This document shows, one piece after another, positions 24,184 to 35,336 of a stretch of 64,000 nucleotides of DNA; the first letter of the stretch is position 1; each line of letters begins with the position of its first letter. The notes beneath the pieces are model-generated. The model saw nothing but the letters and a program-made list of their open reading frames with translations. It was not told the DNA's origin and did not search any database. The position numbers were made by a program, and so were the translations under genes. The stretch comes from Paramoeba atlantica (taxonomy: Eukaryota; Protista; Discosea): the NCBI GenBank assembly GCA_977017575.1, contig CDRNVI010000003.1, positions 809,254 to 873,253 of the forward strand. The letters are read 5' to 3'.

Positions 24184-25005
24184 ATTATTGTACGTGTGCT
24201 TCTCTCTAGATTCGTGGGAAGCAATTTGCGAAGCCCAACTACCTTGATAACAAATTTTAGTACCCATTTTGGCCGCGCGGGGGCCCCCGCGTGAGCGGGG
24301 GTGCGCGCGGCCGCGAAACGGCGAGGGCCCGCGTGAGCGGGCCTGAGCCGTACCCCGCGTAGGATTCCCCTGTGCGTCGTTAGTGGGAAGCAATTTGCGA
24401 AGCTCACTGAATTTCGTAGTTTTCGCTACGCAGGCGTTGTCAACGTATATAGTGAAGTGTAGGATACTGAACGCACGGAAAATGAAAATCAAAAAAAAAT
24501 TCTTGGGTGTTCCACAAAAGTCCTTGACATATGCAAAAGTCCTTGACTTGCACCGTAAATTTCCGTTCGTTGAGTACTCAACGAAAATCCGGCAGTTCGT
24601 TGAGTACAACGAACGTACCCCCAACCCAATATTTTTTGGGTCGCGCACTGAGGACCTGTGTCTGCCACTTCCGCAGGTTTGTGTATTTGTAAGTTATGAT
24701 TTTATCTTTGTAAACTTATGAGGCAATAGTTTTAAGAATCCTTCCGCTTTTTGATAACGTTTCGGATTTGTTTTTGTCTTACGGATCAAGGTAGCAGCCA
24801 GGAGCATGATGCAGACCGAAACGAGCTATTTTTTTACAAAAAAAAATTGCGTTTTCATTCATCGAACAGGACATCCTGTTCGATGAATGATTCATCGAAC
24901 GGGTCGTACTGCAATCCATTCATCGAACAGGATGTCCTGTTCGATGAATATTCATCGAACGGACAGTGCGTTCGATGAATATTCATCGAGTGCCCCCCCT
25001 CCCCC

Positions 25006-26343
25006 ACTTTTTGAATATCACTTTTCAACCTGGAATAACAATCCTTCTGTGCAGAAAATCCTTTTATAAATAAAATATCTTTTTTTTTTTTGACGAAGGT
25101 AACTATATTTAGATATATTCGCCATCATTTGTGCAAAGGGGCGATTATTCGAAAATTTTGATTTTGCTAATTTTTTTTCTAATTATGTAAAGGGAAGGGT
25201 GGTGATCCAAAATTTTCGAGTAGCAAAGTAAAGCAAAAGCTTTATTAACTTTTGCAAATTATCTTCTAATCACCTTTGCATGTGATGTGTGTAAGATACC
25301 AAGTTGTCGCTTGTTGTGAACTGTCCCGCAATGGCGTTGTGCCGTGCGATTATGCCGTGCCCGCACTTGCATACCAGTGCGTGGTCACCTTCGGGGTCAA
25401 GCGGCAACGAGCATTTCTCCAGAGGACAGGGCCGGAAAGCTGGGTAAATAGTATCCCCGAGCCACCAACGCACAAGAGTACGGAATTCAGTCGGTGTGTA
25501 GGCTAAGCCGCTTTTCTTGGAGGGGATTACGAAAGCCCACTCCGAGGCCCCTTCTCTCTGGCCCTCGTTCGAAGGTCGGCACGAGCAAACGACTCCCGAA
25601 ATTCGTAGGAAGCGATGGCATGACTCAGATCGCGTTGGCGAGGAATTACCAGCTCTGTGCTAAGTTCTTGTGCATCGTTATTCGAGTTAAGCGTGGTCAT
25701 CGACAATGCGAGGCTTTTTGATATTAATCCGCACTGTTCGACGACTGCCGTCCCGGTGCGTTTGTTGACCTCCCGAACAGCTTGGGTGAACCCCTCAGCG
25801 TCCTCTGGGTCCCACCGGTCTTTGTTTGATGCAAAAGCGACGGAGGCTACGTAGGCGGAACTCGCGTGTTCCTCCGCTGACCGGAGCCCCAACCCCCCGT
25901 ACCGCTTTTCACGTTGCGCCTGGCGTCGGGCCCCATCGCTCAGAGGGCGAAAGAAGTGTTCAGTGGTACGCTGGACGGCATCGTCTAGGCGTTTGCAGAT
26001 ATCCTGTAGTTCAGCGGTCGGAGTGGATCTGAGAGAGTACACCATTTGACAGAAACCTGTACAGTGTCGGATCAGAGACAATGCAATCTGGGGATCATCA
26101 AGCGTGGTTATGGCCTCCAACGACTCTTCGGCTAAGTCGATTGCGTTTTTGAGGAAGAACTCTCGGCAAAATTGGGTGGATCCAACCGGGCTCCCCAAAA
26201 TATGGAAATTACCTTCCCCATTTTTGTTCAAACCGGGAATGTCGGGGAAAAGGGAAGAACGGTGGGAGGAAGCGGGGTGTGATATAAGCTCGCACTTTGC
26301 CACGTTGAGGTGTAATCCCCATTTTGGGCCGGTTATCGCAATC
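25006..26343 (-). mobile_element. Internally deleted alpha CRE fragment inserted in the right TIR with a ~22-bp duplication
   Basis: WGLHLNVAKCELI, ILGSPVGS, RHN motifs; TCATCGAGTGCCCCCCCTCCCC present on both sides. Confidence 0.7.
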
Positions 26344-28641
26344 ATCGAGTGCCCCCCCTCCCCAAAATAAGAGCCTACCAAGACGACGTGACTCTCAGTT
26401 CCACCAACGTGCGATCACTCGAAGCGGCGTTCCTGCACTTACGCGAAACCACAGCCGAGCTCAATCTATGCGTTAACTTTCAAAAATGTGAATTCTTTCA
26501 GAAATGTGCGTCATGCGAACCCTTTTCATTAGAAAACTTAGGCGATAATCTTTGCACCGAGTCGATAAAGATCCTAGGAGCCTATATCGGCAAAGACAAT
26601 GTGGTAGAAGATCTTCTCCTGCGCAAATTGAACAAGCACAAATGCCTATTTCGTCGCCTTCTTCTCATGGGCCCGAGTAACCTCTCTCTGGCGATTTTGC
26701 GCCGCTGTACAATTCCACGCCAAGACTACCATTTAAGAGTTCACCGCCCGGAGGCTACTCTTTACCTAGCCCAATCTTTCGAGCAGCACATACACGAGGT
26801 CCTGCAGAAATGGTGTGGCGCCGATGTCCAGGCACTCAAGCTTGCAGCGCTCCCGCAATAACTAGGCGGATTAGGCTTGATTTCTTGCACTCTGAAACAA
26901 CAATATTACTTCGCAGCGGCCCGAGAATCTATTGAAGAGCAATTTGAACCCAATAACGCTCCGGTAGATTCAGAGGGCAGCGGCAAGGTCAAAGCTAAAG
27001 CTCAGAGCCGCGCGGAAAAGGCCCGCAAATTTCTTAAAAAGAACTTGAGCCAAGCGCATGACAAGCAATTAATTGAAGTGCAAAAAGACTCAACCTTAAC
27101 AAATATCTTGAAGCGCACCAAGGAAGCTAATTTTCACCTCGAACATACAAGTAACTACGTTAACCCGTATCTTTTCAGATACACGCTCATGATGCGCTTG
27201 GGAATCGGCGTGCCAAAATCACCGGCCAAAATGATTTGCCCTGGATGTTCGAATCAAGAATCTCCTTCAACCATCCTTCCCCACGTTGCTGGATGTTCCC
27301 GTTGCTCCGGCATGAACTCTACCCGCAAGCATTCACACATAGTCCGTTATCTCGCAGAGTTATGCTCAAAAGCAGGCCTTCCTAGTGTCATCGAACCGCG
27401 CATTTACTCTTCGTACCACTGCACAAAATGTAAGTGCACGATTTCCGCAGAAGTCGCCGAGCAACATCCTTGCAAAGCCCGCCGCATTCGTTCCGGCCCA
27501 GATCTTGCCATCATGTGGCCTCACATCGGTGAGGTGCTCTATGATTTTACAGTGGTTCACACGTGCTGTACTAGCTATGCGAAACAAATCAGCTCTGCCC
27601 TCATGCAACAGGTCGCCGACAGAAAGTACAAGAAATATGTGGTTGAGAAAGGCGTCGACAGCGATTCATTCAAATGTCTGGCCGCAACAGATTGCGGCCT
27701 GCTACATGTTGATACAAAGGCCCTATTAAAGGCTCTCTCACAAAGAGCGAAGCTGAACTATGATAACGTGCGCAATGCGTTCCAACTCGAGATTGAGAAG
27801 ATGTCAGCTTACACGATAGTATCTCAACTCAGAGACTACATCCCGGCAGAGAAATGGATGGGAGGACTTCGGTTGTAAGAAGTCAGCGGACACGTCTATC
27901 TGGAATATTTATTTATTCATTTATTTATTTATGAGAAGCGAACCCATGACACAAGCGAAAAGCATTTCTAGAATGCTTAAATCATAATTCGATGCTCCTT
28001 CTTTCCTATCCCCTCCTTTGACACCAAATATTCCCCCTCTTCCTCATTCATTGAATTCATTCCGTTGGTCGCTCGCTTTTCCTATACAGTCGTGACCACA
28101 TTAAGCCAAAAGCACACAAGATAACACACAAAAAAACAGTGATGACGGTTATAAGAGTTTACGAAAAGTGGGCAGTCGTTTAAAAAAAAAACATTCACTT
28201 ATCCCGCTTTTATTGGGCAATTAAGTTTGCAAGGCGCCAAATCGCCCGTGCGAATAAACAATTCATCTGCGATTCTAATAGTTTACGGTAAGAAATTCAG
28301 GCGAGAGCTTATTACGTATAGTTTTACTTATCATTGAAAATGTGACTGTTGATTGATTGATTTCGTAAATTCATTAGAAAAGTTATTAACGGATGTGTAT
28401 GTGCTTAGGGACTATTCAAATACAAAATCTACACGTTTTCTAGAAGTCTACGCATAGAAATTTAACCGAGGGGCTAATATCGGGTCAAATGCCCCGGAAG
28501 GGGGTTATAATTTTCATTGTTCTTTTCCCCGAAAGGGGGTTGTAATTGAATCATGTATAAAAGCTACAATATGTATTCTGAAAATTTACATATTTACTGA
28601 TTACTTACTTGTAGAATCTTTTTCCTTTACGCGTTTTTTGT

Positions 28642-29670
28642 ATGTCTGGAATCGTCCAAGCTGTTACTAGGGCAATTTCACGATCTAGAGCAAACAGCCC
28701 TGAGCCTCAAGCTCCGGAGCCCCAGGTTTCCCGACATAGCCGACGAGGCGGTACCCTCAACCCTGACCAGGTTGAAGCCCTCCTTGGAAACGATGTACGT
28801 TTGCCGATGACGGATGATGCGAAATATGAATTTGCTCATAAGATGCGATTGCTTCTCTCTCGAGGTCATAAGGTTTGGATTCAGGCAGTATGGGGCCACA
28901 AGGAAGAGACCGAGCAATATACAGTAATCGGCCAAGTGTACTTGAAAAATCGCAATGACCCTGACCACTCAGAATTAAAGGCGCGTTGGGATGATGAACA
29001 AGATATGGAGTACAGCTTCCCGTTCCCAGATATTGACTATTACTCATTGGCGATTGCTAAAGTACAAGCTCGGATGCCAAGCGGTGAGCGAGTTGAGCAT
29101 CTTCCTTCTGTAGACCGTTTGACCATCTCTGATCCCAAGAACTTCTCTCCCATTGAACCAAAAACATGGGGTCCATGGATAGAATCCCCAGATGAGTTTA
29201 AGCCACGGGAACTGGTGCGAGAGCTCCGCGATACGAAAGAATACGGCGTACGGTTCAATCCTCCGCTTGTTCGGGAACGCTTATTCGAAATGCTCGTTCA
29301 GTGGATTTATGCGGCGCGCAAGTTGGCAGAATGGACAGACGAAAACTTCTACAACATAGCTAAGATCATTATAGAGGAGCTAAGAAACCATTATTGGGCT
29401 GCGGCCGGCGCTCCAGTTGAGAAAGTACAGCAGCGACTTCACCAGGTGAAGAACCCTGACGACACCTATGGACGTATTATGCTAGAGGAAACTTCAAAGC
29501 AGTCTCGTCGGGTACGTGCGACCCAGCCTCCGCTGTGCTTCAACTGTCGCATGCCTGGGCACTTGCGGGCCAATTGTCCACGTTTAAAGGATTTTCACCG
29601 GGGGGTGGCGAGTGGCGGTACGAAGACACCTGTGAGCTACACTCGTGCCGAAAGACGAACGATCCACTAG
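28642..29670 (+). CDS. Gag of VIPER-like element A
   Basis: CFNCRMPGHLRANC CCHC knuckle; homologous to the gags at 34104 and 46388. Confidence 0.88.
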   Translation: MSGIVQAVTRAISRSRANSPEPQAPEPQVSRHSRRGGTLNPDQVEALLGNDVRLPMTDDAKYEFAHKMRLLLSRGHKVWIQAVWGHKEETEQYTVIGQVYLKNRNDPDHSELKARWDDEQDMEYSFPFPDIDYYSLAIAKVQARMPSGERVEHLPSVDRLTISDPKNFSPIEPKTWGPWIESPDEFKPRELVRELRDTKEYGVRFNPPLVRERLFEMLVQWIYAARKLAEWTDENFYNIAKIIIEELRNHYWAAAGAPVEKVQQRLHQVKNPDDTYGRIMLEETSKQSRRVRATQPPLCFNCRMPGHLRANCPRLKDFHRGVASGGTKTPVSYTRAERRTIH

Positions 29671-30341
29671 GAAACGTTCCCCACCCCGAAAACAACTACT
29701 CGTGCTCCTGCCTTATACAAAAGGCGGGAGAACTTACCAGGCTATTTTACACGTTCATCTCCAAGTTATGTATGGAACGGTGTGCGATATGTCAGCACAC
29801 TGCGGAATGCGCAGCAAATACTCGTGACTCAAACAATGAGTCAAACAAACACTACAGGTACGGGTCGAACTCAAAAGAGGATAAATCGTCCCGCAGGACA
29901 CCAAACGGACCTATCAGGCCCCTTAGCGAAAACAAGAAGGTTGAACTTGACGTGCCAACTCCTCCGTATGGATCCAAACGACGCGCTGGCGCCGGCTCTT
30001 CAGAGGGCAGTATATCCGATGTGGACGGAAACGACGTGGGCCACAAGGGAACGTATTTGGATGCGACTAAACGAGTTCTGCGAGAAAAGAAGCATACGTC
30101 CAACTGCGCTGCACGCAATATTGTTTCTGGATTCCCTAAGCGTTGCGGTAACGACGCGGCTAGCCTACACAAGAAGTCTACACACCATTTACACATGCAT
30201 AAACGAGGACAACACCCCTCTCAAGCTATACTCGAAGGCACTACAAGCGCAGGGGGGGCTGGAGCCACAACGTCAGATGGAGCCACTGACCCCGTATCTG
30301 CTACGGAAATTGTGCAGCAGGATAACAGTCTCACAGACCAT

Positions 30342-30599
30342 TTGATTGATTGAAAAAAAGCAATATATCTCCGAGGAGATGTTACCTCCCTAGGACAAGC
30401 CCCCCCTTATCGCTTGCTAGGAGCTGTGCCACGCAGCACGCAAGTCAAATCCGAAGATTTGACCAGATCGAGCGCGAGCAGCCAGCTTATGTTTTTTAAC
30501 CCCTTTTATATACTACAAGAAAATATTCTTTATGAAATCCGCAGCGAGGCGTCCGAACATTCAATAAAGCAGAAACAATATAAAGCAACAAGGTACAGA
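30342..30599 (-). mobile_element. 258-bp SL-headed SINE-like insertion, ACCAT target duplication, (CAAT)n tail
   Basis: SL remnant at 30586-30599; TSD at 30337-30341 and 30600-30604; the body recurs at 30895-31110. Confidence 0.8.
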
Positions 30600-30894
30600 A
30601 CCATGGCCGTGCTGCTGTGCTGGAAAGCGGCGGCGCGGTGGACAGAGGTCGCCGAACTCTGCAGGGAGAAGTTTCTCAAGGTATCCTCAACCGAGATAGT
30701 GATTTATTGGGGTCGGGCGACGAAATCAACACGCCTAAACCCCTTCCGGCCGTATATGCATGCCGTCATAACGGGTCCGGGGACGCCAGAGCTAGCACGC
30801 TACATAGAGGGGCTTCCGCCAAAACAGAAGATATGCCATACTCCCGTGCGGGAAATGGATGCGGAAATAAGAAAAATTCTAGGAAGAGGGTTTG

Positions 30895-32342
30895 ATTGAT
30901 TGATTGATTTTTAGGCAATATATCTCCGAGGAGATGTTACCTCCCTAGGACAAGCCCCCCCTTGTCGCTTGCTAGGAGCCGTGCCACGCAGCACGCAAGT
31001 CAAATCCGAAGATTTGACCAGATCGAGCGCGAGCAGCCAGCTTATCTTTTTTAACCCCTTTTATATCCCTCCCCCCCTTTTTATATGCTACAAGAAAATA
31101 TTCTTTATGAAAAAACACTTCTTTTGAAGTGAAAAAACACAACACACTCCAAAGATTATGCTGAATGACCTACGATGCCTACGTAGCTGATATTTAACTT
31201 CCACGTTCCTTTTCTACGGTATACGCTGGATACTTTACCCAATGAGACGTTGACCTCATATTGCCTATCAAACGACCACGCGACAGAACACATCGCTCCC
31301 TTTCTGATGTGTTCAGACCACGATCGGATTTCACTTGCCGGGATGGGGAAATCCTGATTTGAGCACGATGCTAGTGTTTCGCAAATTTCCGTCGATTTAG
31401 CGTTCATGTCAAACTGGACCCTGATCGGTGTATCTCGGGGGTTCTGAGACACCGCTTCATCAAGCTGTGGAGAACCGTCGGAAGAGTGATTTGCAGAGTC
31501 TCGTACCTGCGACACCTCTTCTACCGTGTTTTCTTCCAGCTGTTCTTCAAGCTGTGAAGGACCGTCGGAAGAATGATGCGCAGAGTCCCTTATCTGCGAC
31601 GCCTCTTCTACCATGTTTTCAAAAGTTAATTCATATGGCACTTGGAGAGGACTCGGAAGCTCCTGCGAATCCTTCGACCTGTCTGAGTTTGAGAACTGCC
31701 TGTCCTCTGAATTCCGCGGCGTAGAGTTGCAGTCAAAGAAGGGACGTTCGGATTTCGGCGTACTTTGCGGCTCCTTACTTATACCCGAAGTTTGAGTTGG
31801 GGTTAACGGTGTGTCCGGTGTTTCTGAAAATACGGGGCAATGTTCGTGTGTCTTTCCTTCAGAAATTTCTTCCGCGTCAGGTGTTTTTGCCTCACTGAAA
31901 TCTGCCTCGCGTTTTGCTGCACACGGTTTTGTTTCTTGTGAATCGGAACCTCCTCCGGACGCGGTGGTGTTTAGTGTTGCTGAATTGGCTCTGCGAACCG
32001 TGTCGAAATCTGGGCCCGCGTCTGGTTGTAAGGCTGAGCGCGATTCTGGTTGCACGCCTGTTTGGAAAATCGAAGGTGACACGCATACTCCAGAATACTC
32101 GTCACTTGACAGTGAGGGCAGCGTCGCAGACAAAGAAGGCAGCGTGTTTGATATTAGGCTTGCAATGGGCTTTAAAGACTGAACTACAGCGGTGGCTGAC
32201 GGTAACTGGAACATATATCCCTCAGGACGACGAATCCGAATTAGTGAACTGACTTTTTCTTGCCTCGATGCGGCCGCTTCTTGATCTTTTCTTTCCTTTG
32301 CCTTCCTTTCTGCTTCATCCACTTGTTTCTTCAGCTCGCGAA
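30895..32342 (-). mobile_element. 1.45-kb chimeric insertion: beta N-terminal ORF fragment fused to the same SINE 3' end; 14-bp TSD
   Basis: AGGAAGAGGGTTTG at 30881-30894 and 32343-32356; ORF 31156-32364 is homologous to 15030-16715. Confidence 0.8.
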
Positions 32343-32356
32343 AGGAAGAGGGTTTG

Positions 32357-32933
32357 GTACCCACTCAATCAAACGCGGGGCAATAACACATCTATTCCAA
32401 CACGTGGTCGAGGGCCGCCTCACCTTGTCGGAGATTCAGTACCTCACAAAACATTTGAATCTGGAAAGTCTTCTTCGCTACAATGCAAACCAATTGACGA
32501 CCGCGCGAGCCTTGGGGACCCAAAGAGTTTCAGCACTGCTTCCGGGGCTGTGACCCCAGAGATGATCCAGGAGTGTTATAAACAAGTTCCATATTTAAAG
32601 CGACATTCGTTAATTTGCACACGACGTAGCTCTAAGCTAGCTAAGGAAAAGGATTTCGCGATTCCGTTGCATGTCAAACCGAATATTCCGAAACTTGATG
32701 TTAATAAGGTCCGGAAATGGATGTCCCCAGCTGTTGACACGAGATTTCAAGCAGTATGGCAAGAAGCGCTTAAGATGCCCGTACATCCAGAAGAACCTCC
32801 TGCGGTTAAAAGCGGACTGTCTTCCTCAGACTTTCAACTACTTGAAAAGCATAATATCATTAAGAAACTAACGGCGGAGGACGTTGCTAAGAGACCTTCA
32901 ATGCAGTACCTTATTCCATTTACGGTGGTAGAA
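32357..32933 (+). pseudogene. Truncated pol (RT N-terminus) of VIPER A
   Basis: VPYLKRHS..RRSSKLA..KDF.IPLHVK..IPFTVVE matches the pol at 47251; cut at 32934. Confidence 0.8.
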
Positions 32934-33170
32934 TCTAGAAGTATACGTTTAGAAATTTAGGATGATTGACATAATGGCCCTTCGGGGCACATAATATTTA
33001 TATTATGAATTGTTTTTACAGATTGTGGCCCCGAAAGGGGCACCCGTTGTTAGATGTAATGAGATTTATAATTTAGTAGTACTCGGGATGAAGTAATATA
33101 TATTGTTTTTGTGTATAGCGACACTCCTTCTTTTACCCTTTTCAAATTGCGGGTTGGTTCGCGGAGTTGG

Positions 33171-34104
33171 TTTTTTATTAAGACAACGTTTTTTATTAAG
33201 ACAACGTTTTTTATTAAGACAACGTTTTTTATTAAGACAACCTTTTTTATTAAGACAACGTTTTTTTATTAAGACAACGTTTTTTATTAAGACAACGTTT
33301 TTTATTAAGACAACGTTTTTTATTAAGACAACGTTTTTTATTAAGACAACGTTTTTTATTAAGAAAACGTTTTTTATTAAGACAACGTTTTTTATTAAGA
33401 CAACGTTTTTTATTAAGACAACGTTTTTTTATTAAGACAACGTTTTTTATTAAGACAACGTTTTTTATTAAGACAACGTTTTTTATTAAGACAACGTTTT
33501 TTATTAAGACAACGTTTTTTATTAAGACAACGTTTTTTATTAAGACAACGTTTTTTATTAAGACAACGTTTTTTATTAAGACAACGTTTTTTATTAAGAC
33601 AACGTTTTTTATTAAGACAACGTTTTTTATTAAGACAACGTTTTTTATTAAGACAACGTTTTTTATTAAGACAACGTTTTTTATTAAGACAACGTTTTTT
33701 TATTAAGACAACGTTTTTTATTAAGACAACGTTTTTTATTAAGACAACGTTTTTTATTAAGACAACGTTTTTTATTAAGACAACGTTTTTTATTAAGACA
33801 ACGTTTTTTATTAAGACAACGTTTTTTATTAAGACAACGTTTTTTATTAAGACAACGTTTTTTTATTAAGACAACGTTTTTTATTAAGACAACGTTTTTT
33901 ATTAAGACAACGTTTTTTTATTAAGACAACGTTTTTTATTAAGACAACGTTTTTTATTAAGACAACACTTTTTATTAAGACAACGTTTTTTATTAAGACA
34001 ACGTTTTTTATTAAGACAACGTTTTTTATTAAGACAACGTTTTTTATTAAGACAACGTTTTTTATTAAGACAACGTTTTTTATTAAGACAACGTTTTTTA
34101 TTAA
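33171..34104. repeat. Tandem array of 18-bp unit ATTAAGACAACGTTTTTT, ~52 copies
   Basis: Direct reading; a few 19-bp or substituted units; no spacers. Confidence 0.95.
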
Positions 34105-35336
34105 TGCATTTTAATAAAGAATGGCCGGAGGCGTTCGGACCGTTCGGGGCTTTGTTGGCGGTCAAACAAAGACTTCGATCGGCCACGTGTTGTCGAGGAA
34201 ACCTGTTCTTGCCCCCGCAGCGGGAATGGGGAGTAGCCAAACTCCGACCGCGTGCCCTGTTTCGAATGACCAATCTTATGGTCCCTACTAAACGTTTCGC
34301 TATTACTTGGTGCAAGTCGTATGATGAATGTACGAGGCCTCCCAACCCTGTCGATCCGACCCAACCCTGTCGATCTCCCAACCCTGTCGATCCGAGTCTG
34401 CAATACGGGGGACAACGTACGACGCTGAACCCGGAGCAAGTGGCGGCTTTGCTTAGGGGGGGAACAGGCTCTGCAGCGATGTCTGACGAGGATAAGGCGG
34501 AATTCGCGCAAAAAGTCCGGACTTTGATCCTTAAGGGTTACGATGTGTCTGTAGAAGCCGTGTGGGGTCACCATGGGGATGCAGTGCGCGAAACTGTGAT
34601 TGGCAACGTTCGTCTGAAATCCGACGATTCAGGAGGCATTGAAGCCGTTTGGAACGATGATCCCGGCATGGCATACGACTTTCCTTTTCCAGACATCGAA
34701 TATTATTCGTTGGAAATTACCCGGGTGCGAGCAAAGATGCCTGGAGGGCGCAAAGCGGACGAAGAACCTAAGACTCCTAATGCGCCTATCACCGATCCGG
34801 CTCGTTTCACCGCAAACGATCCTCTAACATGGGGCCCGTGGCTAGAATCCGAGGATGAGTTACGCGTACGAGACCTTATCCGTGATTTACGCGTCCATCC
34901 TGAATTTGGTTTGTTACTGAACGCTCCTCCTATCCGTGAACGTCTATTTAAAATAGTCCAAGAGTGGATCCAAGCGGCACGAGTTTTTCCCCTATGGCGA
35001 GAGGAACATTTTCTCGAAATCGTACGCACAGCCATCGAAGAACTGCGAAACCACTATTGGGCCTCATCCGGAATTCAAGTCGAACGTGTACAATTAAAAC
35101 TCTACAAGGATGATGACACTAAGGATGCGTACTCGAAGGCAGTTGCGGAGGAAAAGCTGCGCCACATGAGTGTTTCAAAAATCGCCACTAATCGCCCGGC
35201 CTTTCTTTGCTATCGATGCCACAAGCCAGGTCACTTTCGCGCCAACTGCCCATTAAATCAATCTTCTACGCGTTCGACCCCGGGTTTTCGGGGCGGGGTG
35301 ACGAGCGGCACAACAGGTGCAAAGAGGAGCCAATAG
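34104..35336 (+). CDS. Gag of VIPER-like element B (true start may be internal, e.g. ~34266)
   Basis: CYRCHKPGHFRANC knuckle; EELRNHYWA motif shared with A and C. Confidence 0.88.
   Translation: MHFNKEWPEAFGPFGALLAVKQRLRSATCCRGNLFLPPQREWGVAKLRPRALFRMTNLMVPTKRFAITWCKSYDECTRPPNPVDPTQPCRSPNPVDPSLQYGGQRTTLNPEQVAALLRGGTGSAAMSDEDKAEFAQKVRTLILKGYDVSVEAVWGHHGDAVRETVIGNVRLKSDDSGGIEAVWNDDPGMAYDFPFPDIEYYSLEITRVRAKMPGGRKADEEPKTPNAPITDPARFTANDPLTWGPWLESEDELRVRDLIRDLRVHPEFGLLLNAPPIRERLFKIVQEWIQAARVFPLWREEHFLEIVRTAIEELRNHYWASSGIQVERVQLKLYKDDDTKDAYSKAVAEEKLRHMSVSKIATNRPAFLCYRCHKPGHFRANCPLNQSSTRSTPGFRGGVTSGTTGAKRSQ

Larger units (their letters stand above)
23618..26365. mobile_element. Non-autonomous TIR element with palindromic subterminal repeats, carrying nested CRE fragments
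   Basis: Left GGGGGGCATTCGATGAAAATTCATCGAAC versus right (reverse complement) GGGGGGCACTCGATGAATATTCATCGAAC; 7-9 bp duplicated target. Confidence 0.65.
21435..27878 (+). mobile_element. Gamma CRE-like element split at KIRA|YQDD by a 2.75-kb insertion (parts 21435-23617 and 26366-27878)
   Basis: SPGPSG, PKPQNGIRPVA, DFSNAYN, GIRQGS on the left; AYQDD, ILGAYIG and REL on the right; aaaataag repeated at both junctions. Confidence 0.88.
29671..32553 (+). pseudogene. Tyrosine recombinase of VIPER A, split by two insertions (pieces 29671-30341, 30605-30894, 32357-32553)
   Basis: LCWKAAARWTEV, RPYMHA, THSIKRGA, TKHLNLESLLRY; collinear with the intact YR at 47384. Confidence 0.85.

Noticed and set aside
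23630-24990. CRISPR-like palindromic repeats
   Set aside because: Linkers are only 8-13 nt and recur; the layout is inverted arms of a TIR element.
33171-34104. CRISPR array
   Set aside because: Head-to-tail identical units with no spacers, no cas genes, eukaryotic context.
33103-34381. ORFs with LRQRFL / IKTTFF / NKKRCL repeats
   Set aside because: Translations of the 18-bp array, not genes.
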